A stretch of DNA of 64,000 nt from the human T2T-CHM13v2.0 reference genome, Homo sapiens: the NCBI RefSeq assembly GCF_009914755.1, contig NC_060944.1. One strand, written 5' to 3'. Every line of letters begins with the position of its first letter. Position 1 is the first letter of the stretch. The notes under the pieces were generated by a model, which did no database searches, was not told where the DNA came from, and saw only the letters and a program-made list of their open reading frames with translations. Shown in pieces: positions 12,066-25,098 of this stretch. The translations under genes and the position numbers were made by a program.

Positions 12066-14621
12066 ACTGCTGCCGCTTTCTGCCATGGCTAAAGGTGGTG
12101 TTGTGGTTTTCCTTCCAGGTTTTTATGCTTTAATTTCCTAACTGTTCCTGCATTACTTCACAGTTGATGACGTGTGGGGCCAAGCTCTTGGCACACGTGA
12201 GCACAGTGGATATTCAAGGAGCGTTAACTCGGGTCCATTTTTCTTTCCATCAAACACAGCCTCCTGGTAAAAGAGCCATTCAGGATGCCTGGAGGAGCCC
12301 AGATTTCAAATCTGATGAAGTCTGCAGTTCTATAAATTCCCTCCCTCTTTTGTGCTGATGGCAACGACTTTTATATGTATTTTCATGTCTTTCTCTCCAG
12401 AGATAAATTTTGTGGCCTGCCACTGAATCTGCTTCCTAAAATGTAGCTTGGAGATTTTATTTGAGATAAACTATCATGTGAATAAATATAGATACTATAT
12501 TTTAATCTGGGAGCGTTCCATTTGGAACCTTTTTTTTTTTTTAAAGTCAACATTAGTGGTGCCGTCATTCAAAGGATATGGACGTTTGGGGGAAATTTAC
12601 ATCCAACTGTGACTGAGAACCTTTTGCCAGGATAATATCTGTTTCTCTGAAAATGACAATGGCTATGGACGTAAAGCATGATCTCAGATGGCAGTCCCGA
12701 AATCAGGAAGGTCCATTTCAACACATCTCCTGGCCCCTGTGGCAAGCTACAATGCTGGTATGCTCGCATGGCAGGGTCTCTGCCTTGCAGGTAACACGTG
12801 TCCATCTGAGAATAGTAAAGGAGGTTCATTTGTTTATGTGCTGGTGGTGCTGAGGAGTTTCACAGAGGCTGGAAAACAGGGGCTGGCAATTGATTCCCCC
12901 CAGAGCCCTCCGTTTCACATTGCCCCACCCCAGAGACCATGGGAGATGATCATGGGAGAGGAAGGTAAACATGCATCAGTGGAGCGGGAGAGTGAAGGGG
13001 TGAAGAAACAGGAAACTGCGATCACTGTGGGACGTTGCCCTTTTTTCATGACCACGAAGATGCAAAATGCTGAGCCTTGTTATTTCTGGCCCAGGTAGGA
13101 ATTGGTGCTTCCATTTAATTAGCGTATCATAGAATCAGATTATTGACCATGGGTTGGGTCCACACCAAAACCCCTGAGCGCCTGAGCCCGGGGGAGCCCT
13201 AAGCTCTCCTTGTCCGAGAGTCGTGAGGGAGGCACCCTAGGAGCCCCTGCAGGATTCTAGGGGCCAATTGATCTCATAGCTTTTAGGGAGAAAATGCCCC
13301 TAACAATACTTTCTTTCTCATCTGTGCAATATGCAATAAATTCATCTACCCACAAACTGAAACGTGAACAACTGCTTAAGTATCACAAAGCAGTCCATGA
13401 TACACCAAAAAAGATGCTGTTCCAGGAAAGTAACAAAATTGCCTGTTCTCCACGCCTCACCCCGTTTATGGACTTTCAGTTCTCCACGGTAATAGAGTGG
13501 GAGGTGATGAACAAAGCGAGACCTCACCAGAGGCTGTGTGATTTGTGGAAACTTTGAATAACTCTTTTTATCCCAGGCCCCTTCTAGTGAAAGTCCATTT
13601 TATGATTTGTACAAACCAACATTGTTTTTGCGGGAGGGCATGTCAACACCCCGAATGGCTGAAACTGACCCAGAAGTCAAATTAGCTGGAATTGAATCTA
13701 TAAAATGGATTCATTTGCACCTCATTAGAACATAAAAGCAAATCCAAGTTCACATGGGGAGGTGGGGGAGGGCAAAGCGGTACTAATAGAAGAAAAGATG
13801 TTGGCTGAAAACATGTTTTGAAAACAAGGTGTTAAATGATAAAATATGGCAAAAAAAGCAAATGGAGAATCCACAAACACATATGGGTTAACTCTACTCC
13901 AGCACACTGGGCCTGTGAGAAACAGATTGAGCTTGCACCTTCAAGGCCGTTGTGATCAATGGGAGAGCAGACATGCAAACAATGGAAGGTAAGGGGGCTG
14001 GTGTCACCTGAGGATGAGGAGAAGGCTAAGCAGAGGCAGGAGAGAGCCTCTCTGATTAGAGAGGCAGAGATGGAATCCGAGAGTCTGGCATCAAGGGGAG
14101 CCTAGAGCATGAACATGATGCTGTTCAGCTGTGTCTGTGTTCACAGAGGCACTGAGACGGGTACCAGGGTGTAGATGCCAAGGACGGAGAACATGTGAAG
14201 AAGGCATGGACAGTTGGCAGAGGCAACTGAGGTGCTAAGTGGGAGCAGATGGGAGGGGCACTGGGGATGGAGGAGCACCTTGGGGCTCTGAGAGACTGGC
14301 TTTGAGGGCACTAGCCCTGAAGCCTGTTCTGTGGGTTATAATCCAAGCCAAGTGGTATCTCCTTTAAAAAAGGTGGCCAGATTTCTGATGGCATCTCTTC
14401 AAGGTATACATCCATGGCAGGGATGAGTCAGCACCCAGCCTTGCTGGACATGGAATCAGGCCACAGAGCCTGGTCACGTAGTGCCATGTAAGTTTCAGTG
14501 GGAAGCCTCTCTTACAGTATACCTGGGCATTTCCTGTGTCTCCTCCCTGAAATGTTTTCTGAACAACTTCTGAAATGTCAGTGTTTCTCTAAAAGAAAGT
14601 GAGGAACCTCTGTAAAACACC

Positions 14622-14918
14622 TTCTTTTTCTTTTGAAATGGGATCTCACTCTGTCTCCCAGGCTAGAGAGCAGTGACTCCATAACAGCTCACTATAGATA
14701 GCCTCAACCTCCAGGGCTCAAGCAATCCTCCCACCTCACCCTCTGGACTAGCTGGGACTACAGGCATGTGCTACCAGGCCTGGCTAAATTTTTTTCTTTT
14801 TTTTTATAGAGACAGGGGTCTCCCTATGTTGCCCAGGCTGGCCTTCAACTCCTGAGCTCAAGCAATCCTCCCACCTTGGCCTCCCAAACTACTGGGCTTA
14901 CAGGCATAAGCCACTGTG
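14622..14918 (-). mobile_element. AluJ
   Basis: Antisense dimeric Alu with J diagnostics ('gggctcaagcaatcctcccacctc', 'tccctatgttgcccaggctgg'). Confidence 0.93.
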
Positions 14919-15439
14919 ATTCTTAAACCCTGCCCATCTCTGCCTACTCCTCTCCCCAGACCACAGCTCTCTAGGACTAACTCCTATTTAGGAAGCATAG
15001 AGAAAAGTCTGACAATTAAAAGTGTTTTGTTTGTTGGGTGATGAATTTCCAGGGCCTCCATCTACTGTGTAGCACTTAATCGTTACTTTTCGTAATATTG
15101 TGACTAACCTTCCTGGCCATGAGAACCAGGCTGTCTCTCTTTGATGTACAGTGAGGATGCTGGAGTTGTTTTGCTAGGGCTGAAAATCCTGTGTGCCTCT
15201 AGATGTTAGATTTCCCTTGGAAAAAGGCTGTATGGGGCCAGTACAAAGAGAATTGTTTATGCTTCTGTGAGGAGATGCCAAAAAATATATAAGAACAACA
15301 ACAACAAAAAATCCGCCATCAAATTTACTCCTTAAGTTTACTGACAGCCTGTCACAATGAAATAAAACATTTATATTCACTTTATGGACTTAATTTAAAA
15401 TGACTTAGTTGAAGAAAGCAGCCCCTTGCTTTGAACTAC

Positions 15440-15622
15440 CTGCAATCCGAACACGAAACTCGTCATGAGAATGTGGAAGGAGGTTGCCGGACGCTGCTGG
15501 CTGCCTTCCAGCGTCCACTTCCCTTTCTCTCTCTCCTGACACAGCTCCGTCGTGTGTTTGGTCCCCAGGCCTGAGGTCTCTGTGCTGCCGGGGAAGCTGA
15601 CCATGCTAGTTCCAATGGTGGC
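15440..15622 (-). other. Candidate 183-nt symmetric (phase 0-0) exon with an open frame
   Basis: Minus-strand acceptor 'ttttttgcattttctaaaccaag|GCC' and donor 'CAG|gtagtt'. 61 open codons (ATIGTSMVSFPGSTETSG...FVFGLQ) and locally retained CpGs. No homolog recognised. Confidence 0.25.
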
Positions 15623-16869
15623 CTTGGTTTAGAAAATGCAAAAAAGATCTCTGCAGGTCAAACAGCGATAAGGAAAGGTTAGCAGTGAGAATTCATCAGA
15701 CAAGAAGGTGCCTGAGTTTTGGCACAAGGTCACGTTCACTCTCTGCTTTTGACTGTGCTGCTTGTTTAGGCACAGAGATGCTGTGGCTGAGTGTCTTGCT
15801 GGTGGAGGCTGCACATGCAGCCCTGTGGGAGGTGGAGCCGGTACGGGCAGATGATGTCAGATGTGAAGCGTGCCCACCTGCTGGACTTCCAGGAGGACTA
15901 GGCAGATAACTGCCCTGGTGTTTCAGGCACTTTGAGCTGGGGGTTCCGTTGTTTGTCGATGAGAGAGTCCCTGGATGCCAAGAGCTTTAGAGCATCTTAT
16001 CACTCACGTTGGAGTTGGGACCAAAGCGATTCAAAGGAGGCCACAGTCAGCTGTTCTCAGCATCTGAAGCCCATGACTTGCATCTTTTCCAGAGGCAGCA
16101 TCCCAGGCTGTGACGGCCAGCCAGGCATCCCCGGCATTCTCCCCGTCCTGCCCAGGAGAAAGGGCCCTGTGACTGCATGACACTCCCTCTTCCATCATCC
16201 ATGTTGCAGCCCCTCCAAGCTGGTTAATGGAGAAAAGGAATTTCAGAGGCTTAGGGGCTTGCTGCTTTGCCAGCATTTCTGAAAGGCTTCAGAGCAACTT
16301 TAAGGATTTTTACAACAATGGCAGTGCTTATTTGAATGATCTTGTACTTTTACCAACACAGTGCAAAGCCCTCCACATGCATCCCAGCACCCTAGTTAAG
16401 ACAGCCCTGTGATGTGGGCCCCTGAGCTCTCCCTGCTGCACGAATGAGGAAACGTGCCCGAGAGGGTCCTGGCCTAAGGGGCAGCCTCTGGACTCGCACC
16501 CAGGTACTCCTCCTGTGCTCCTCAGGTGCTGTCATGGCAGCTGCTCTGAGGTCTCAGCACTGCCTGCCCCAGCATGGCCGAGTTGGGCAGAAGTGCTGGA
16601 GCGGAGGTTTGCCTTCTGTATGGCTGCCTCAGCCAGACCCACGCATGACTCTGGAAGATTGTGTGGCGCTCCTGTGCTGTGCACCGTGGTGTCTTCAATG
16701 TCACCAGCAATCTGAAATGATATTCATATTTTCTAAGGTCAGCAGGGCACAGCACACCCAGGAAGCATCTGATACTTTGGAAGAAATCTGGTTTGATGAT
16801 TATTAGAATTGCAAGAGTAGCTGTCTTTTAGTAAGTTTCCCCCTACTCCCATCAGCAAAGTGATAAGCA

Positions 16870-17060
16870 CTTTCCTTCATCATCTTACTTCTTCCTCTCA
16901 TCAATGCTATACAGCAGGAATCAGTGTCTCCATATCCCAGGGGAAAAAACGAAAGGTCAGAGAGGTTATGTTCAAGGTTACACAACTTGAATATTGTAAG
17001 CTCAAGATTCAAACCCAGATCTCTCTGAACGTCAGAAAAGCCTGGACTCTTTACCATTAC
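16870..17060 (-). mobile_element. MIR SINE
   Basis: 'aaggtcagagaggttatgttcaaggttacacaac...gattcaaacccagatctctctga'. Confidence 0.75.
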
Positions 17061-17064
17061 TGTA

Positions 17065-17375
17065 TTTATTTAGACAAATACAGTTGTATGTATTGATAGT
17101 GGACAAAGTATTTCCATCTATGCATAACATTGTGGGATGAGCAAACCAAGGTGATTGACATGGGCATTACTTTACATATATATCTTTGTGTGGGGGTGTC
17201 TAGTGAGAACACTTACCTACTCTCTTAGCAATTTTCAAGTATCCAATACATTGTTATTCACCATAATGACTATGTTGTGGGATAACTCCCTGAGCTTCTC
17301 TGCGCCCACCCCCCTATCTAAATGACATTTTGGGTCCTTTCAAATCACCCTTATTTCTCTCCCCCAGCTCTAGAC
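17065..17375 (-). mobile_element. L1MA-type 3' end fragment
   Basis: 'gtgagaacacttacctactctcttagcaattttcaagtatccaatacattgttatt' is the antisense L1MA 3' UTR. Confidence 0.75.
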
Positions 17376-19461
17376 CTACAATCTGCTCACATTGGTGAAG
17401 TGAAAGCACCTGCAGGATTGAATTTACCCAGTAGGTTAGGACCCTGCATGCTCACGGAACCGCCCTACCCATCCTGCCTCCCCACCTGGCTCTGCCTCCT
17501 AAATGGATAGATACATGCTGTTCTAAAGTTGGCCAAGCTCTATAGTCTCCTTGGGAAAATAACAACCTTAGAACATGGGACAGCCCTGTACTCACAAATT
17601 GATGTCATAGCCTAAGACAACCAAGGCAACAGAGGATTCTCAAGAAGGTAGTGGAGGGGACAAATAACTTCTACCTCAGGAGATCAAAACGTGAAGCCGC
17701 TGGTCACTATTCTGCTGGCTTACACTGATGTTTACTCACCATGACATATTAATGAAAGGCTTTTAATGTCAGTCATTTCAATCACAAATCCTTACAAAAT
17801 AAGCAAAGTGTTACTCTTGCTCCATGAACAGGATACAGAGATTCCTGCTAAAATCACCCCAAGCTCAACCCTGACCTCACCTGCTTTAATTATGCGTGAA
17901 GTAAGTCAAATTCCTTTGCAACAAGCAGGCATTCATTATCTATAATTCCTATTTTATAACTTTTTTGTTTGATCTATCCCAGAATTCATTCTGAAGAAAT
18001 TCAACAGAATAAATGATCATTTTCCCTGACCACTTGACTGCTGCTTTGAATATGTAATGTGGCTACACATGTATATTATTTATGAAAAATTGATTGCTGT
18101 AACATCTCAATATTCCTTTCATGCCCTGTGAATGTGGACTTAATACATTTCCTCTGAAACCCACGACTGGCCTGCAGTACGTGACAATGCCTTGGAGAGG
18201 CGAATGGATTTATTGGTTTGGGCAGCCTGTCGTCTGTGCGGAAATTAGGGAATTCCTGCGCACAGTCGGCTCTCGCCTGCACGTCAGGAGCTTCAGCTGG
18301 CATGGGGCGTGATGACTGTGCTGGCCCATAGGGCAGTCCCCAGTAAATTTGGAGGACAATATAGACCAGCATCCCAGCGTTTCTCTAAGGACCATGGTCT
18401 AAAAACCACGCCCCGTGAGGGAGACCCGGGATGCAGGGATGCACACTTTCTCCAGCTCCCAGTCTGACTTGAGCCCTGCGGGGTAAGTATCGGATTCCTC
18501 CAGACGCAGATCTTGAAACGACTGGGACGGACCCAAGTTGTTTCTGTAGGAGGCAATTCCAGGCAGAAGTGGGAGAGGCGTGTGGAAATGAGACAAGGAG
18601 GCCGCGGGGGCCATGGGGAGATACCACTGGGTGCTCTGGGACCAGATCCTCCCTGCAGAGGAAGGATCCCATGTGTGAGGCCCCGTGTACATCTTCCGCC
18701 TCCCATGTGTCATTGCACGGGCACGCACAGAGCCCAGGGTCCCTCTGCATTCCCTGCCGTGATGGTGGGGTGGGAGGAAGCCCTAGGGGCTGGGAGTCCC
18801 GGAGACCCATAGAGGACAGAAAAGGACATGAACTGGACCAGTGAATACTGCGGGGACAGCGTCTGCAGCTGGGAGGCGTTCCTGAGAGTTTACAAGTCCA
18901 TCACCGCCCCGTCCCTCACGGCACACCCAGAGCCTGGGAGTCAAGCCAGAGTGGCTGTGCAAAGCCATGCCTGCAATCACTGTCGCTGTTTCTCTGGAAT
19001 CCAGATGAAAATGATCTACAGGCAGGGGTGAGACTTGGGGCAGGAGAATGGTTTGAGGACACAAAGCTCTGGTGTCCTGGTGAACAACAAGATCTGGTCA
19101 ACTGCTTTGCCTACAAGAACCTTCTGAAGAGCAATTCTGGTGTTGGATGTATGAGAGATTGATGAATTGTGAATAAGATGCACAGCAGGTAAAACAAAAT
19201 GAAAACAGCCACAAGGGAGCTGTCCCCGCACCTCCACCACAATGGCAGGGGCAGCAGCGAACCCAGCAAGGATCCCCTGCCTGCAGTGGCTGCTCAGAGA
19301 CTTGCGGCTGCCTCTGTCTGAAGGTCTGGCTACTGGAGGAGTTCTAGGATGGGGAGGGGGGCCCAGGATCAGGTCGAGCATTCCTCACTGCTGGACCAGG
19401 CATGAGGTAGCTCACACTTCTGCAGCCTGGAAAAAGAGTGGATTTGGGCTGTGCACATCCC

Positions 19462-19615
19462 TGGTGCCCAAAGCGTGGCCAGAAAGACAGCCCCTGTATC
19501 ACCTGGGAGCCTGTTAGAAATCAGTCTCTGGTTGAGCCCCGGATCGGATGACTGGAAATGTATATGTTAATAAGGTCCCCAGGTGCTTCATGCTCACATG
19601 ACAGTTTGAGAGACA
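19462..19615 (+). mobile_element. MER5A (hAT-Charlie MITE)
   Basis: 'atcacctgggagcctgttagaaat...aataaggtccccaggtgcttcatgctcacatgacagtttgaga'. Confidence 0.7.
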
Positions 19616-21819
19616 GGGCACTGGCTACAGCTTCTGGCCCAGCTCTGCGTCTTTGGGGACTGAGTCAAGAGGAGCCCGCATGGGCTTGGAGTTTCCCATG
19701 GGCCTGACACGGCCTTGTTTCATTTCATTCACTAAATGATGGTGCTTGGCAGGAGCACCACCGTCCACCTCTTACAGATGAGCTCAGAGCTGCCTCATGA
19801 TGTGCTCAGATGCGTTCTGCAGCAGTCGGTGTGGACATGGGGCAGCTGCCTCTGCAGTGCACCCAACTCACACCAGACTCTCCTGCCCTCGATCCCATGG
19901 GAGGTCCAAATGGCCCCGTCCAAAGAGTGACCCCAGGCCACAGAGCAGCCCAATCTTGTCCAATTTGGATGATTCTAGGAAGATTTCCAAACAAGAAAAA
20001 AAAATGTTTCGAACCCAAACTGAAGGAGATGGCAAAAGACACAAAGTAATGAAGTGGGAGCCAAAATGGTTTTCTTTTCCTCCACTGAATATTTTTCATG
20101 TGGTATCGGATGTTCTTTAAAGGTCAAATGTTACTATTGCTCATTTCCTCCTCAGCTAATCAAGTATTACGCAGTGGCTTAAGGTCACAAGCGTGAGTTA
20201 CTGATGAAAATAAAAGCCTGTTCTTGATTTTGTAAGGGAAACACATGATTTGAGTACACGCCTGTAGAAACTACTTTATGTTCAGGGCAAGCATGTTCCG
20301 CACGTATTTGAATTTGGGCAGATGATGTTATCTCAGGTCAAGGATTTTGAGTGCAATCTCTGAACACTATGTACAAGGGCCACCCTCACCAGTGCCAATC
20401 TAGGGGGGATGGTATTGATAGGAAAGGCAGTCGTTTGCATCCTGACCAAGGCAGACACTGAGTTCTGCAAAAGGACCAATAAGTTGCCTCAGTTTTCCCT
20501 CCTGTACAATGGGGATTATGAGCTGCCTGCCAGCACCGGAGTGAGGGGTAAGTGGGATAGGATGGGGCAAAGTGCCTGCCACATGTTTTCCCAGACTGAG
20601 TTCAATAAAATAGTAGATTAGAAAAAAAAAGACTGGAATAAGTACCCATAATTGTGAGCCTCCTTCATGCTAGGGGCATGGTAAAACTTCTCTAATGAAA
20701 CCCTCACAGTCACCAACATGGAGGAGGCTGTATTCCCAATTTAACAGGAGAGAAAACTGCTGATCAGAGAGGTTGAGGGACTTACATAGGATTGCAGAGC
20801 TGCTGAGTCCCAGCCTTTCCTGGCCTGACATCATCCTGTAGTGGGAGTCTCCCCAAGGTCCTAAAGCATTGACAGCCTCACCCCTGGCTCACCCCATGGT
20901 GGTGGCTGTATGAGGAGAAATAGCCTCTGCGTCTTAGTTCCTGTCCCAAAGGGAGGTTTCCTGTGCTGAGCTAATGGAGCAAGGCCACCATAGCTTGGAG
21001 GACTGAATTAAAACCCCAAGTGGGGTCTGCTGGGTGCTGGTCAAATGATGGGGAAGGGGAGCTCTAGGTACAGGGTTCCCCTTTTGCCCAAAACTCACCA
21101 CCTTCCATTTCCATTCACCATCATAGGATTTCTTTGGACATAAGAGAGAACCCACTCCAAGTAGTTTAACCAAAAAGGGGAGGGGAAGCATTCAGAAAAC
21201 TCTCAGGGGACCCAGTTTCAGAGAGCAGAGCCACATCCCTTGGGAGCTGGGAGCAGGAGAGGAAGCAGGTGTGGGGGTGGGCAGGGGCAAGCAGGGAGGG
21301 CCAAGGTGGCTCTTCTGTCAATGTTGCTTCACCCAGTACGGGCTCCTCGCTCCCTCTCCCCCTCCCCCTCCTCTCCCCCTCCTCTCCCCCTCCCCACTCT
21401 CCTGTCTCCCTTTCTACTGCAGGTGGTGAAGGTGGCACAGCGTTCATCCATACAGTTAGCAAAGGTGGGGAACTGGGGGCTGGGAAGGAACATTCCACCT
21501 GAGGGAGGGGCGAAGAAAGGAGGACAGGGAAAGGATTTGCAAGATATGGTGGTCTATGGATTCGATTCTAGCAAGAGGGATTTCAGGAATAAATGATGTA
21601 AGAACTCAATGAGAAAATACGCTTGGGTAAGGCAGAGCCTTGGAGGGAGTTGGGAACTGGGGAGCCAGGAATGAATGCCAGTTATGGGGATGGGGCTTCT
21701 CCCAGGGGTGCCTCATCCACCCTCCTTCCTTTCATGGCCACCCTCCTCTGCTCATCTAAGGATGGGCAGATTGCACTTTTCCATGTTAGGCAACACGCTG
21801 TGCAAATACAGCTTTAAGC

Positions 21820-22975
21820 TGCTTTCCAACGAGGCTCTGCAGAAAGGCGTCCCCTGAGAAAGGCGAAGCCATCAGGAGAGCTGAGGGCTGGAGGCTGCTC
21901 AGCACTGCTGTTTTCGCCCCTGGCCAGGGCTCCCCCTCCAAGCCCTGCATCATCTCTCTGCTCTGTCCAGAGACACACCTCCAGGGGTTGCTCTTGTTTC
22001 CTCCCCTTTTCTTTGGAATTCTCTTAAATCAGGCCTGTGTCCCCCTCAGCCCTCGGTCCCAGGCACGAGTAGCTCCTGGTATTTCCACATTCCCAGATCC
22101 AGGAATCAATGCATCCTCATCTTCTCATGTCCTTGCAGCACTGGATGGGGGTCAGCTCCCACCTTCTCCCTGAAGTGTTTTCTCACTGGGTTTCTGGAAC
22201 ATTCTGCCATTGCTTTTCTCCCATCTCCCAGGAGCTTGCAGAGGTGTGGTCCTTGGGCCTCTTTCCTCCCCCAGGTACCCCTGCTAGATGACCTCATCTG
22301 CGTCAGGGATTCCTATTTCATTACAGGGACCTCCTCCCTGGTCTCCCAAGGGGCATTTCTGGCCACCTCTTTGGCAACTGCGTTGGAGAGGATAACAGGC
22401 TTCTCCCTAACGGGCACTTCTAGCCTTGCCCCAGCCAGCACTTCCAGCATTGCCTTTCTTCCGGGTGCTCAGATCAAAACTTTCAAGCGTCTTTTCTTCC
22501 AAGCTTGGCTTCTCTGTTAGGAAGTCTCGCCAGCTCTGTCTTCCAACCAGGGGCACTTCCAGCACCTCCACCACCGTCGCCAGGGGCCGAGCCACCATGC
22601 TGTTATCTGAAGGACTACGTGGCCCACCCAACTGGGCCCCCTGCTTCTGGGCTGCTTCTCCTGCAGGAGCACAGTGAACCTGTAGCCTTGATTCCACTTA
22701 ATCAAAGCTCAACGGCCTCCCGTCCGTTTGACTGGAAGTGTCTGCTCAGTGGCTGACAAGGCTCCGACCTTACCTCCTCCCCTCAGCCACAGGAAGAGCC
22801 ACATCGCCTGCCCTTCCTGCTGTCTCCTGAATGTGTCAGGCCAGCTCTGACCCAGAACATCTGCAGCTCCCTCTGCCCTCTTCGGGAGTGCTCTTCAGAA
22901 AAGTCTGCACGGCTTACTGCCCGCCTCCTTCCTGCCTTCCCCCAAGGGGGTCTTCCTCTCCAGGAGACTCTGAGC
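21820..22975 (-). pseudogene. Candidate decayed coding exon(s) of an unidentified gene
   Basis: About 195 codons (22697 to 22106) are readable with one frameshift (about 22455) and one internal TAG (22313-22315). Repeated LEVP/LEVL motif. Minus-strand donor GAG|gtaagg (22773) and acceptor ctcctgcag| (22661). Confidence 0.35.
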
Positions 22976-23569
22976 AATGCATGTAAAATTGTGGCACCCG
23001 TCTTGTCTACTCATCATCCACGACGTATTCTCCCTGCGACACGTGTGCTCATCTAAGGATGTGCTAATGATTTATTCATGTATTTGTTTACTTGTGCATT
23101 CATTTATTATCTGTCTTCCATCACCAGAATACAGGTGTTATGAGGGCAGGACTTTTGTACTTGTTGTCCTCTTTTGTACTTGTTGTTTATTTGTTGCATG
23201 ACTAAATAAAAGCAGCCCTGGCAGAGAGAATGTGGATGATGCCAATGTGACAAGCCTAATGTTCTTTGTTTCAGGAGTTCTTTTGATGTGGAGAAATAGA
23301 AATATGTTCTCATAATTTGAGGTTTTTTGGTCATATGATTGTCTTTTCTGTAAAAATGGGAGTTGTCAGAATAAACAGAGAGGCAGACTGATTTTCCCAG
23401 GGGGAGTAGGAACTCCTGCCGGTCATGGGAGATCCAGCAGAGGCAGCTGGGGGTGGGGCTGTGGCTGAGAGTCCAGAGGAGGCAGTGGGGCCCATCTCGT
23501 GCCAGGTCTCTCACCTTCCAGGTGAAAGTCAATCATGGCTGGAAGCTTGCCCAGTGCCCTTTGTGTCTA

Positions 23570-23690
23570 GTTTTTCTCCATAAGTTACTGGGGTACAGGT
23601 GGCGTTTGGTTACATGAGTCAGTTCTTTAGTGGTGATTTGTGAGATGTTGGTGCACCCATCACCCGAGCAAACATTGCACCATATTTAAG
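23570..23690 (-). mobile_element. L1PB 3' end fragment
   Basis: 'ccataagttactggggtacaggtggcgtttggttacatgagtcagttctttagtggtgatttgtgaga' is the antisense L1PB terminus. Degenerate TSD-like 'gtgtcta-ttttt' on both sides. Confidence 0.85.
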
Positions 23691-24645
23691 CCTCCTGGCC
23701 TTGGTGTCTATTTTTATTGAAACGGTTGGACTCCCGCTTTTGGCTCCTGGATGCACTGGTTACCATAAGAAGCTCTCTCCCGGACGTGCCTCTGACTTGT
23801 TAAATCAGTGGACTGCCGGATGTAGCGGGAGCTCTTTCAAGCTATCTGCATGTGAGGGCTGGCTTGGGTTGAGATAATGACCACTCATAATGACCCCAGT
23901 CTGGGCCGATTACGGATTCGATCTTCCCCTTGATAAGCAGGGTTGTCAGTGCGTCACTGAGGCCAGCACATGCTCATCAGGGAAGCCTGGCCTTGGCTGA
24001 GAACTAGTGCTGGGGAAGGGAAGTGTTTAGGGCTTATGGCTTGAAAGGAGAGACAGCTAATATGTCAGTACAGGGCCTGTTGTCTGTCACTGTGGCTCCA
24101 TAGGCCGGGGAACCTGCAGAGGAGGCCGGGTCTCTCCCACCTCCTCCCATCACTCTCGCTCACTCAGTTCTGGTCCCGTCACACTGACCTATTGCCAGTT
24201 TCTGGTGTTGAGCCGCCCTGGTCTCTATCCTGGAGGGCCTCAAGGTGTGACATCCCCAGCTAACGGGCTCTTCCCTGACCCTTGCCGGACCCCACCTGGC
24301 CTCACTGACCTGTCTCAGGTCTTGGCTTTAATTCCATGGCCCAAGCTCTCTGAAGCAGCCTTCCCTTGCAATTCTCTGTCACCACACCTTGCTTATTTCT
24401 CTTGAAGCGCTAATTATGAGGCTTATGAAGATGTCGCATGTCTGCCTGATTGCCCTGGGCGGTCTGCATCCAGATGGCCAAGGCAGGGTTGGCCGGTTCT
24501 TCATTAGCTATGCGGTGACCACACAGGGCAGGGCCTGGGAGGCTCTCAACCAGTGCTGCTGGATGGAGGGTAAGCACAGGCTCAGAGGAGGCCAGTGCAT
24601 GGTTTTGCCCAAGAATCTGAGAAGGGAAACACGTGGTGGAGAAGG

Positions 24646-24721
24646 GGAAGAGTCTAGATCCCCGCTGATGTCTGTCTGGCTCTGGGAAGAGTCTAGATTC
24701 CCACCATCTGTCTGGCTCTGG
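24646..24721 (+). repeat. Tandem duplication, about 38 bp x2
   Basis: 'ggaagagtctagat...tctgtctggctctgg' occurs twice. Confidence 0.9.
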
Positions 24722-25098
24722 AAGCTGCACTCTCGGAGCGAAGCCCCAAAGCCTCCCGACCACTCAAGGGAGTGAGGGCTGGAGGGACTTTGGGGGCTGA
24801 ACGGTCCAGGTTCTGACTGGCGGCTGCTCCGTGAGCGTACTGTTCTTGGGAAAGCTCATCCCACTGGACGAGGATGACACCTGTTCTCTTCTGCATGGCT
24901 GTTCTGCATCAAAAGAGAGTGAAAACCCACTGCTGGCACCTCTAAGTGTCAAATGCTGTGCTAGACACTAGGGTGAGGGTGAAGACACAGAACCCGAGAG
25001 CTGCCCCACACCAAGACATAGACATAGGGTCTGCAGGGCTTATAATACACTAAGGGCCGGTGGTTTCAACCCAGGGCAGCAGGTGCAGTGAGGGTAGG

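Noticed and set aside
18076-19517. Dense overlapping ORFs on both strands
   Set aside because: Expected from the locally high GC content. No consistent frame or known protein.
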